Part shown: positions 49,160 to 60,135 of the stretch, in pieces
Position numbering within the stretch: the first letter of the stretch is position 1
How the letters are laid out: the number at the start of each line of letters is the position of its first letter
Origin: Chrysemys picta bellii
Taxonomy: Eukaryota
Direction of reading: 5' to 3'
NCBI RefSeq assembly: GCF_011386835.1
Contig: NC_088791.1
Coordinates: 243,536,001-243,600,000, forward strand
DNA: 64,000 bases
Made by a program: the position numbers and the translations under genes
The notes under the pieces: generated by a model
Databases searched by the model: none
Told to the model about the DNA's origin: nothing
What the model saw: only the letters and a program-made list of their open reading frames with translations

Positions 49160-49670
49160 TGGAAAACATTAATTAACTCTCACAGTCCCCTTGTGAGGTA
49201 GGTAGATTTTACTTGTTCCCCTTTTACAGATGGGGAAGCAGGCACAGAGAGTTTTACGGTGAACTGCCAAGCACAGTAGGTTCAAAACAATTCTGTCTGC
49301 TTTTTAAATTAGAAATGTCAGGAATATCAGAATCTGAGCACCTGCATTCTCTCAGAGAGCTTTGGCAACATCTCTGGAGGACCTGGAAGGTGACGTGATA
49401 GGAGGCTGAGAGCAGATATGCAGCACTCCCAGGACCTAGTTAAATTGGAGAAAATGTTGAATTTAAAAGTCTTATTTGGAATCATCCAAATCCATAATAT
49501 CAATATTGTAATGTAACCGTAGTACCAATGGACAGGGCTGCTCTACAGTTCATCTGTAAGTGTCTTGTGCAAGGCCACACAGTGAGTCAGTGGTGGAAAT
49601 GTGATGAGCAGTTTCAAGTTCCTGGCTACCAGTCCTATGCTCGGTCCATTAGCCCATGTTGTCTCTTAAT
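49160..49670 (-). mobile_element. MIR/CORE-SINE, split by about 290 bp of other sequence
   Basis: ccttgtgaggtagg..ttttacagatggggaagcaggcacagag, resuming at 49560 as tcttgtgcaaggccacacagtgagtcagtgg..ctggctaccagtcctatgct. Confidence 0.6.
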
Positions 49671-50016
49671 TTTCCCAATCCCAGAGTTTAGTTTAAGTTT
49701 ATAAAAATGCTTATCAGGTTAGAAAAAAGATTATTTTTTTTAAATCGCTTCTATGTGATTCTACTGTTGTGTTACCACTCTTAACACTGCATCATCATTT
49801 TCATTCCACCTCCCTATTATCAGGGATTGTATAGCTTGGCTGTAGAAATTCATGCCAAGCTTTGCAGGGGTGAAGTTTGTCTTGTAAACAAAATCTCAGT
49901 CTCGATCACTTTTTAATTTACAGAAGGGCATAAATATATTTCCCTTTTGTGCTCTCTAACTGAAAAATAACTTTAATAGTCAAATACATTTTGGGAAACC
50001 AACAGTCTATAATGTA

Positions 50017-50143
50017 AACAACGAGGAGTCAGTGGCACCTTAAAGACTAACAGATTTATTTGGGCCTAAGCTTTAAAGTGCCACCGGACTCCTCATTGTT
50101 TTTGTGGATACAGACTAACATGGCTACCCCTCTGATATTAATG
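50017..50143. mobile_element. Penelope-like pseudo-LTR remnant with short inversion
   Basis: aacaacgaggagtcagtggcacctt..aagtgccaccggactcctcattgtt..gatacagactaacatggctacccctctg. Possible TSD TATAATGTA at 50008-50016 and 50144-50152. Confidence 0.75.
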
Positions 50144-50269
50144 TATAATGTAGAATTTTTTGAAAATGTAATTTGCCAAGTTATTTAAATTAGAAAAACA
50201 GCTACCACATAGGCATGGCTTAAATTCATCCAGAGCCTTCAAAAGCAGAGCTCTGATAAATATTTTCAA

Positions 50270-50420
50270 ACCCGCAGAAGTCCCGAGCCCCAGCGTATCT
50301 CGCGGGACAGAAGCCCCGAGCCCCGGTGCCTCCCACAGGGCTGAAGCCCCGAGCCTCAGCGCACCCTGCGGTGCAGAAGCCCCGAGCCCCAGTGCCTCCC
50401 ACAGGCTGAAGCCCCAACCA
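50270..50420. repeat. CpG-rich tandem repeat (agaagccccgagcccc..cccacagggctgaagcccc), internal hAT fragment
   Basis: About 2.3 units of roughly 64 bp. The same motif occurs inside the hAT at 14330-14445. No TIRs around it. Confidence 0.65.
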
Positions 50421-51951
50421 CTGGGGCGCCGGGAAATACTTGGGTAGAATTTAATTGCTGTTCATATAGTTATTCTGCATGTGTAAATCTTCCAGTTAAA
50501 GGCTCCCAAAGCACTCACCGATGCACTGTAACTGTTCCTTTGGAGCCATTGAGTAGATATTGTACTGTGTGAAACACCTTAAAATGCATATTGAGACGGT
50601 ATGCTAGCGTCATTAAAGTATATTGTGTCAGTGATCTATAGGGAAGGGGAAGGTATCTGACTTCATGAAGAATCTCTGAACTTAATATTATGAGGACGGC
50701 AATTTCTTATAATTACAGATTTAAATAAACACAGTTATTTTCTGATGTTTTTAGTGAGTTACTTCCAGAGGTTCCCGTGGTGGTTGTTTGGATCATAGAG
50801 CAGGTGTTTAGCAGATAATTGGTTTTTTTTATATTCTGACATTTCCAAGAGGATTAGTTTAATATTTATGATCTAATCCTGTGCGGTTCTGAGCGCCCTC
50901 AACCTCTATTGATTTTACTGGGCTCTGCAGCACCTTGACATCATTAGGCCCTTAATTTATAGAGTGAACCATAAAATACAGATGCAGCGTGCCACAATGT
51001 GTGATCTGAATCTCTTCAAAGTTTGGGGGGTGTTTGGCTCTTGAGGTTGAGTTCAGACCCTTGCTCACAAAACCGGTAGCCAGCATCCCAGAGGCACCAT
51101 GTAAGAGCTACACTTTGCATTGTTGCTTTTGCTCTCCCATGTTGTGATGCATTGGCGTCTCTGTTCTCTTATTGTTCATGGCAGAAGAGAGCACATCAGA
51201 GAACTTCAGGAGCAGAGACATTAGCTACTATAGGTGAATTATAGTAAATTCAATCAGTGTACTAAATGTTTATATTTCTTTCATTGTATTTCCCCCTCTC
51301 ATTCTTTAAAGCTTCTTTGACAAATGAATTCAGTAATCAGCATGTAAAAGAGCATCACTTTAAATCTTGTACAAGACATTGTGTCTACAGAGAATAAATA
51401 AAATGCTGTCTCGTGTTTCCAAATAGTGTTCATGCTGGAAGACAGAAACTTTCTGTTCCACCTGTACTGCAATTACTCTATGCTTTTTTCCCTCCAGGGA
51501 TCCTATTATAGAATAAATGACCAAATACACCTAAATTTCATGTCCCGGAATCTCTGAATATAATCTTAGGCAATAGTTTGAACTTCATATACAATAACAA
51601 ATAAATGAACAGATTCCTTGCAGTATAGTATACATGGCTGTATAGTTAAAAAATAGAAAATGACTTTATTAGTGCACTGCATTATGGAGGCACTGGTTGC
51701 AAGTATAGTTAAGGCTGTATCCAGTGTCCCAGTATATGGCTTATTTTGACATGCACTCTCTTCCCCCACAAAACTTTTTAGCTGAAGGAGCTAATGTTCT
51801 GAATGTGCATGTGCTTAAGGTAAGTGCGTGGTAGAATTTTTCCAGATGATTTTCAGAAGTACAAGATAAGGTTCTATGGCAAGGACTCAAGAAATCTATG
51901 TTTTCCCCAAATTAAAAACATGCCATTATGGTATTTTCAGCCACCTATATC

Positions 51952-52088
51952 CAGGGCTGCTGGAACAATTTGTATAGTGGGGGTGCTGAGAGCCACTGAA
52001 CCAAACTGTAAACCCTGTGTATGATGGAAACCACTTCAAGCCAGGGGGTGCAGACGCACCCCCAGCACCCCTAGTTCTAGCACCTATG
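51952..52088. mobile_element. Mini hAT MITE (137 bp)
   Basis: Perfect TSD CCTATATC at 51944-51951 and 52089-52096. Imperfect TIR CAGGGCTGCTGGAAC...GTTCTAGCACCTATG. Confidence 0.8.
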
Positions 52089-53349
52089 CCTATATCAGGA
52101 TAATGGTTTACTGTGAAAGTGAAATTTCAGAAATGATCTGTATTTTAACTCACTGTTGGTAACTTCCAGTGTGGAAGTGGTGTATGTATTAGACCTAAAA
52201 AGTAATCCTGTAATGGCTAGTATTCACGGTTATAAGCCAAGGCCTGAAATCCTTACTCAGGGCCTCATGCTCCCCAGTGTGGGTTAGTCACCAGCTAGGG
52301 TGAGTTCTGCCTCTCAGTTTTCCAGGAATTCTTCCATTAGGGGCAGGGTTTGTCCCCCCCCCCCAGAAAAAAAGGACAGGGCTCCAGTCCCAAATCTCAA
52401 GGCTCTCCAGAAGCATGAGCCATGTCCATGGAAGCCCTATGGCTCTACATTGCTGCTTGCCTCATGGGTCCTATATGAACTGTGCTGCCACTGCTGTCTG
52501 GTCACCCTAATCTCCTTTAATAGCACATCTATGGCCTGCCCCAATACTACCCTCTTGTGTTGTCTCTTCAGGCCAGCAGAGGTTCCTCCTGCCTGCTTCA
52601 CCTGTGCGTCCCCCTGAATGCAGTCGGATTAGGAGACTTTGCAGCACAGAGGCTTTTGCACGGACTCTCCACCCTTCGAGCAGGTCCCACAGTGGAAGGG
52701 AAAAGGGACCATCAGCCCTCAGGGCTGGAGCTTGCAGTTGCTTCTACCACATCCAGTGGCTTTTAAGCCATGTGGGATGCGGGCGATGAAGATGATCTGG
52801 CAAAAGGAGAGACAACATTGCGTGAAGAGAATTAGAATGATTGAATAACTGGCAAACAGAATGGGTGGAAATTAAAACTTGGTCAGTAACCTCACTGATG
52901 TAGAAGCATAGTGAATGCATTGCTGGTTCGCTATGTGCTATGAATACATACAAAAGGATTTTCTTCCTCTCACTGAATACCAGCTTTGTTGGCAGGTTGA
53001 TTATTTATTTTATATTTCTGGATGAGATGTTTGTACCTTTAAAGTCCTAGTGTCACACTGAAACTGCTGCATTTCCTTAAGATATTTAATTATCCATTAG
53101 CACAATGGCAACTGTGGATCCATTCCCTACTTAGTCTGCTGACCAAGCAAAGCAATTTGGGACTTTGGTATGATCTTTGTTAGCAAAGGAGTACATTTTA
53201 TCTGGGTTCCCCTACATAAAAACACATTTTTAGACAGAGTTTATTATATGGAATCGTGAGATTTTTCTCCGATGTGAAACAAATAGAATGGTGCTTAATA
53301 ACAGCCCGGGAGCTGCTCATTCACATGCTTCATGTTGATTTCCTTTCAG

Positions 53350-53687
53350 AAAGAGAAGAAGAGCGGATTGTTGAAACTTTTAGCCGGCGCGTCAACAAAA
53401 AAGAAATCACGCTCCCCTCCATCTGTGTCTCCGACACCGGACCCCCAGGGAGCCGTGGAGGGAGCTCTGCAGGGAGCGGTGGGACCTGAACTCTCCTCAC
53501 TCTCCAGCCACGGCAGGGCAGGTTCATGCCCAATTGAAAGTGAAATGCAAGGAGCTATGGGGATGGAGCCACTGCACAGAAAAACAGGCTCCTTGGATTT
53601 GAATTTTTCCATTCCTTCTCCTGCCAGGCAGCTACCTTCTTCGATGGCAGCCATCCGTCCAGAGCCCAAGCCATTGCACCGGGAAAG
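53350..53687 (+). CDS. SH3RF3: SH3RF3 penultimate exon (KEKKSGLLKLLAGASTKKKSRSPPSVSP...GRAGSCPIESEMQGAMGMEPLHRKTGSLDLNF...)
   Basis: Acceptor tcctttcag at 53349, donor GTATGC at 53688. 338 nt, phase 0 to 2. Peptide highly characteristic of SH3RF3. Confidence 0.96.
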
Positions 53688-54508
53688 GTATGCTGACGGC
53701 GAAGAGTTTGCCTAGGAGCTAAGGGGGCTCATAATTTCAGTCTGCCCTGTCGCTTGCACGTAAAGGAATGTTTGTGGGAAAGAGACAAAGTTTGGCTTGC
53801 ATGAGCATCACTGCAGTTCTGCCAGCCCCCTCTTTTCTTTTTCTTTTTTTTTTTGAAGCCATCTGAGGCTATAGATTGTCCAGCTGTTTATTAGAATTAG
53901 AAAAGTCAGGCCCCTCTGCATATTAAAAACCAGCCAAAACATGTGTAAGGCAGCTATGACGCTCACTGTTAAAAAGTCAGTATTTGCCAACAGATCCAAT
54001 ATGCTCATCACACAGTTATTTCCTATTCTAAGTATAGGAGAAAACTGTGGTATCTCACATCACTGTATGTGGAAGCTGCTGGCAAATGCCACTTTTAAAT
54101 GGTGATCATTGTATATTAATAATCACAATGGATTGTCATGCAGTACTTGGTATACTGCGTAGCCCTGTAAGTGTGTTTGCCCATTATATCTGGCCTATTA
54201 TGCAGTAGCAAACAAGGGTCTTTTTAAAATTTATGGTCACTTCAGTCATTACTGTCACTTAAGTCATTACATGGTGTCCTGAAGTATTTTTATTCCAGAA
54301 GTGGCTGATAACTAGCATAGAGAATAAGACTAGGATTCTAGAGTTTGGCAGTCCGCTCTGCATCTTGTTATCCATAAAGCTGCTGATTTTGCAAACCCAG
54401 AGAGAGGGGACAAAGTGGCAACACCAAAAAAACCAAAACAAAGAAACAAAAAGACGACAGGGAAGAAAAGAAAGAACAGAGTAAATAGAGAGAAATGTAA
54501 CGATGTCG

Positions 54509-54702
54509 GGCCTTGTCTGTTTTCAAAGTTACATGGATTTAAGGTTAAACTGGTTTAAAAACCGGTTGAGTTGAAGGGATGCAAAACCAAACCTTCTGTA
54601 GACACTCTTAATTTGACATGTATCAATTGAGCTTAATTCAATAAGGAAAGTAAAAAATCTCACCTTGAATTAAACCAGTGCAGCCTTGACATAGACAAGG
54701 CC
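54509..54702. mobile_element. PIF/Harbinger-type MITE
   Basis: TIR GGCCTTGTCT...AGACAAGGCC. Confidence 0.6.
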
Positions 54703-54771
54703 TCAGAAACAAATATGAGGAGAGAAGCAAGAAAGGCGTCCCCCAGCATCTCTTGTGCTGGCTGTTGTGGC

Positions 54772-55610
54772 CAGGGCCGGCTCCAGGCACCAGACGAGAA
54801 AGCACGTGCCTGGGGTGGCACATTGTAAGGAGTGGCATTCCTGCCAATCTTGGGGTGGTCAGCCCAGCCCTGAAGGGGCATGGATCCCAATCCAGAGGGC
54901 AGGAAGTAGTGATACCCGCTGCTCATCGTGCCGCCGGGCTCCCTGGGACGCGCCACTCCCCGCCGCCTGCACCGGCCTCCGCCTCCTGCATCGCTCTGAG
55001 CCTGGCCCGGCTGAGCCGCCTTTAAAGGAGCGGCTGAGCCAGCACCTCCTGCAGCCCCCGGGCACCGGAAGGAGGGAGGATTCTGCGGCGGCCCAGCAGG
55101 CAGCGGAGGCAGGCAGAGAGGGAGGGCTCTGCAGCGGCCCGGCGGGCAGCGGTGGCAGGGACGGTTCTGCAGCGGCCCGGCAGGCACCGGAGGGAGGGAG
55201 GATTCTGCAGCCGCCCGGTGGGCAGCAGAGGGGCAGGCCCCACTGATCCCGGCGCCGTTTGCACTGTGCCAAGCCCCGCTGCAATGCCGGCCCCACGCGG
55301 AGGTCGCAGACCCCAGCCAGCACTGCCTGTGTCGGCCCCCTTGGAGCCTGCCCGGCCGGGAGAGGCACCCCAAGGCCGGAGGGGGGAGCCCCTCTCGCCT
55401 GGCTGCAAGCGGGCTGCAGCGCCTGGCTGCCCATGGGCAGAGGGAGCGGGCGGGTGCCGCCCTTCACCCCCCTGCAAGCCGCCTTGACCACCCTCCACAC
55501 GCTCCCTGCAGCTGCCGGTTTTTGTGGGTTTTTTTGCTTTGGCAGTCCGGCTGCCCTTTTTTTTTTTTTTTTTTTTGCCTGGGGCGGCAAAAAAGCTAGA
55601 GCCAGCCCTG
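54772..55610. mobile_element. Non-autonomous hAT (839 bp), GC/CpG-rich with internal ctgcagcggcccgg repeats
   Basis: TIR CAGGGCCGGCTC...GAGCCAGCCCTG. Perfect TSD GTTGTGGC at 54764-54771 and 55611-55618. Confidence 0.93.
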
Positions 55611-57599
55611 GTTGTGGCACTGCTTTGAAAGCACCACTTCAACGATGCAGGGAATTCCTAAGGGTGGGCTTAAGATTCTGGTGCATAGCCCATATTTTCC
55701 CAGTCTGACACTGCACCTAGGGATGGCACTGACAGTGAAACAGGTGACCAATGATACCTGTATTGAGTGCAGTGACGTGGAGTAGCCGTAGAATGAGAGG
55801 GCCATAGGACGAGTTCTGTATGATCAGTGTTATTACAACTAAGAACAAATGAATCTATAGAGACAGGATGCTTAAAATGTTACAAATATTACTAATTGCA
55901 ATATGCAGCGGTAAAGAAAGTATTCTGATTTTAAGCATTTGGATTTCCTGAGTCTAAAGTCTGAAAATAAGCTATAATTGAAATAACCTTAATTATACAC
56001 AGCAGTCAAGACTCTCTAATTGATTTATGAATTAACTTCCATGTCATTGGTGTATCTGCATTCCTTAACTGATCATATGGTTGCTTATGCCTATAATGGG
56101 GAATATTAATTACCTTCACACTCTAGGAAGTATAATGCTTAGTCCTGGAATGATCTGAGCAAATACTTTAAACACTTGTCTTTTATAAATTCATCCCACA
56201 TCCATCTGTGTTCATTAAATCACCAAATTGCTCAGAAGTACCAAATTATTTTTTTAAACAAATTACATTTTTGAAACCGCTTGTTCATGTCACATCTGGC
56301 AATGGGGGAACTTGTGCTCAGCATCTCTGAATCCCATATTTTGCTTGTTTGCAAGGCGATGTATTTCATCTCCACAGTAGGACCAATTCTTTATTTGCAT
56401 GGATGGAAAATAAAGATTGGATAAACAGATTTCGATGCTGGATGAAATTTAAAAAGAGGGAAAAAAGCTACAAAACATTTCTGGGCACTTAGCTATACTT
56501 GGCTTTTAATTTCCCAGTGCCCATCTGTGCACATAGGGACAGTACACTGAACGGTTGGAAGGAGTAGCACATTCCTTAATATTTACAACATTCCAAATGG
56601 GGTGCATGAAGCCAGCAGAGCCAGGGTACTTCTTCCATTAAAACTGGCTTACAATTCCTGTACTCACTGCATGCAGACTACAGAACAAAACCAAGCATTC
56701 GACATTTGCACCATATCAGAGGTGCCTCTAATTGCTGACAGCTTGTTTTTCACACAGTAAAGAGGAATTCTGCTCCATTACATAGCAGTCCTTTGTGCAC
56801 GGAAATTGCAGCAGATCAGAAAGGAAAGTGAGGTTTACCTTATCACAGACGGTGCTAATTTGATAGTTGTATTCCCTTGGCATATGCAGATAGAGTGGGA
56901 AAGAAATTTAATTTTGACTTGCTATATTTATGTATTTCCAGAGCCTGGTTTTGGTTTGGGGGAGGTTAGGCTGGAGAAGAAGGCACATTTGTCCTGGTTT
57001 ACCTGTGTATAAACCAATCTGCTAGGATTGTGAGATTTATCATCTGTTACTACATTCTGGGGAGCAGTTTTCCCGGTGTCTTTTCCTAATGCCACTTTAC
57101 TTGTGCTGCTGTATGCCAGAAAGCATATAGCGTTTCCAGCAGCTGAGATGAGAAACTTCACAGCTGCTACTATAGTCACTGTGTTGCATAGGTTGACTAG
57201 CAAGCGTTGCTAAGCTGAACACCATTTTAGGCTGCATATTGTCATCTATGTGCTGCTACTGTCAATTTCCTGTGGTACAGGAACACTACAGCTCTTCCTG
57301 AAGTTGGGTCTTCTCTACAGTAGCGCACTGTACTGATGGGGGAGTGCAGGGGGGAGTTCCTGATCCTGCAGCTCTTGAGCAAGTCCCATTGGCATCACTG
57401 AACCTACTCACAGTGAACAGCGGGTGTAAGATTTCAAGGGTCTGTCTAACAGCATTAAGACTAAATAGGCTCCTCGTGTCATTTCACTGTGATCGCTCTG
57501 AATGAAAGAAGGACTTCCATTTGCCTTCTCTTTCAGCAAAATACAAATGCACATACAGCAACATTGAAAAGATTATGGTGTGTAAATGAGAGTATTTAA

Positions 57600-57635
57600 G
57601 TGTGTGTGTATGTGACAGAGAGAGAGAGAGAGAGA
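57600..57635. repeat. Compound (GT)n/(GA)n microsatellite
   Basis: gtgtgtgtgtatgtgacagagagagagagagagaga. Confidence 0.85.
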
Positions 57636-57679
57636 TCCAATGCTCTGCTCAGTGGTTCTCAAGTCTTAGCACATGATAT

Positions 57680-58720
57680 TGTATGGTAATAATATTATCA
57701 TTACATTTCCCCCCTCCTCCCACGGGTTCCTGGTCTTCATCCCTGGGCTTCTCATCCAGTCACAGTCTCTCCTTTCCCAATACTCCCCCTGGCTCCTTCT
57801 CCCAGTCTCCTGTTCCCTGGATCCTTGTCCTAGTAGTCTCTTTGCCCAGCCAGTTCCAATCTCAGTCCAGCTCCTCATCTGATCTCTGTTTTCCCTCCTT
57901 CCCACCAAGGTTCCCAGTCTCCCCCAACTCCCAGTCCTGGTGTTCTGGCCCTGCCAGTTTTAAGGCTCTTCTCCCCCTCCCCCCGAGGAAGAGTACCAGT
58001 CCCCCCATCCACAACTCCCAGTCACAATTTGTCTGCCCACTCTAGCCTTCAATCCAGTCTCACCAGGCCGTTTGTCAGATCCCTGACAAAAAGATCACAC
58101 TCTGCCAAATTTCAAGTCCCTGCTCCAAAACATGCAGGTGCTAGAGCAGGGGTAAGCAGCCTATGGCACGCGTGCCAAAGGTGGCATGCGAGCTGATTTT
58201 CAGTGGCACTGCCCGGGTCCTAGCCACAGGTCCAGGGGATTCTGCATTTTAATTTAATTTTAAATGAAGCTTCTTAAACATTTTAAAAACCTTATTTACT
58301 TTACATACAACAATAGTTTAGTTATATATATAGACTTATAGAAAGAGACTTTCTAAAAACATTAAAATGTATTACTGGCACGTGAAACCTCAAATTAGAG
58401 TGAATAAATGAAGACTTGGCACACCACTTCTGAAAGGTTGCTGACCCCTGTGCTAGAGCTTCTCAAAGAAAAGATTGCCAAAACAGTTTTTAACGTTGCA
58501 AAATGACAGATTTTTCCCTAGCCTCCTTCTCAGAAATGACTGTTATGGCTGAAATTTTAAAAATAATAATACATAATAATAAGGAGCCTGAGATAGACAC
58601 CCCCACCTCCCGCATGGAACATTTCAGCTGAAACGGTTAAAGTTTTGCAAAGTTATAAGCAACTGAACACAAGAGCTCATAATGGGAACTGTCAGGCAAC
58701 CTTAATAATAAATATACCAC
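57680..58720. mobile_element. Unclassified interspersed repeat (pyrimidine-rich cccagtc tract, ends ...gtcaggcaaccttaataat), hosting a hAT
   Basis: Repeated cccagtc/ccagtct motifs at 57690-58060. Body ccaaatttcaagtccctgctccaaaacatg..tagagcttctcaaagaaaag is continuous across the hAT insertion. Confidence 0.45.
58147..58450 (-). mobile_element. hAT MITE (304 bp), same family as 3366-3661, opposite orientation
   Basis: TIR CAGGGGTAAGCAGC...GTTGCTGACCCCTG. Perfect TSD TGCTAGAG at 58139-58146 and 58451-58458. Confidence 0.93.
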
Positions 58721-59449
58721 CAGCCCTACCGATAATTGTGATAGACATAAGGCTGTTTGCATGTCTAAATTATGAAATTTTTAATGCAGTGTGACACTGA
58801 CAGATTCCAACATTCTTCTGAGTTCCACATAAGATGAAAGGCTGTGCCATAGATGAAAGAAAACCTACTATTGCATAGTAGTGGTCAGGGAAAAGAGGAA
58901 GGAAGGCGGGAAGAGAAAAGCAGAGAGGGATAGAAGTATGCCGGGCTTCCCTGGAAGAAGGGGGCCAAATCTGGGGGAAGAGTGGGAGGTGATTTAAAAC
59001 AATAGGACTAATGTATGTTTTAAACTCGGTTACTGAGAAAAACAAGTCAAATGCCACCGGTGGCATCGTAGGCTTTGATTGGAATGATTTATGATGTTTA
59101 GAAACCCCTTCGTGGCAGCAGTGCCATGTGATTCGTTGGTTTGTACATTGGAAACGCAATAACTCTCACTTTCTTCGTCCGCAAATCCAAGAATCTCAGA
59201 GGAAAAAATATAGCCAGCCCACCCCATGTCGCAGCAAAGATTTCACAGCAGAGGTGAAAATTAGATCTTTTATTACTGAGAGTTCATTATTTTTTATTCA
59301 ATATGCTGATATATTTACTGTGAAGTATCCTGATTAATTACAATTAAATGACAGTTGTTAAATAATTGAAAAAAGGACATTTTGTAATGCAGGATCCTGG
59401 ATTTATTTTTTAAATCTTTAAAGAAAGCCTCTAAAGAATCCCTTGTTAC

Positions 59450-59782
59450 TAGGATTGCCACCTTGCTAATGGCTGGTAACCAGACCCCCAAGATCCCCAC
59501 GCCTGCTCCACCTCTTCCCCCAAGGCCCCACCCCTGTTCTGCCTCTTCCCACAGGCCCCACCCCTGCTCCACCTCTTCTCTCGAGACCCCACCCCCTTCT
59601 CTGTCTCTTCCCCGGGCCCTGCTCCCTTCTTCACCTCTTCTTCCAAGGCCCCACCCCTGCTCTGCCTCTTCCCCCCCCCCCCAGATTAAAAAAAATAGAC
59701 ACCAGGGCTTGTCAAATGGAACCTGCATAAACAAGCCGAAACCTGGACTGTCCAGGTGAAAAATGGATGATTAGCAACCCTA
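59450..59782. mobile_element. hAT (Tip100-like termini) MITE (333 bp) with C-rich repeats
   Basis: TIR TAGGATTGCCA...TAGCAACCCTA. Perfect TSD CTTGTTAC at 59442-59449 and 59783-59790. Confidence 0.9.
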
Positions 59783-59914
59783 CTTGTTACAAATATGGGA
59801 TTGCCAACATTGGAAGGAGATTGGTTTTGATGTGTTTGATAATCTTGCTAATTTGAAACATTTAGTAAATTGCAATTGGTCTCTGAGCCATTAGTGAGAT
59901 TCTATTCTGTATTA

Positions 59915-60135
59915 AAAAGGATGGACTTGTCGTTAAGACACCACTCTATAAACCAGGAGTTCTATTCCCAGAACTGCCGCAAACCTTCACTGTGACCCAA
60001 GGCAAGTTATGTCACTTCTCTGTGCCTTACTGTCCTCACCTGTGAAATGGGGTTAAAAATGCCTCCCAGAGCTGTTGTGAGGCTTGATCCCTTGTGTCCA
60101 TAAAGCACTCCAAGATCTGGAACACAACTGCAAAA
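59915..60135 (+). mobile_element. MIR/CORE-SINE
   Basis: ggagttctattccc..ctgtgacccaaggcaagt..cacttctctgtgcctt..cctcacctgtgaaatgggg..gttgtgaggctt..taaagcactccaagatc. Confidence 0.75.

Noticed and set aside
50270-50420. Regularly spaced repeats that could resemble a CRISPR array (also 14780, 39655, 43480, 55060)
   Set aside because: The units are degenerate with no unique spacers, there are no cas genes, and the context is a vertebrate intron. These are transposon-internal minisatellites.
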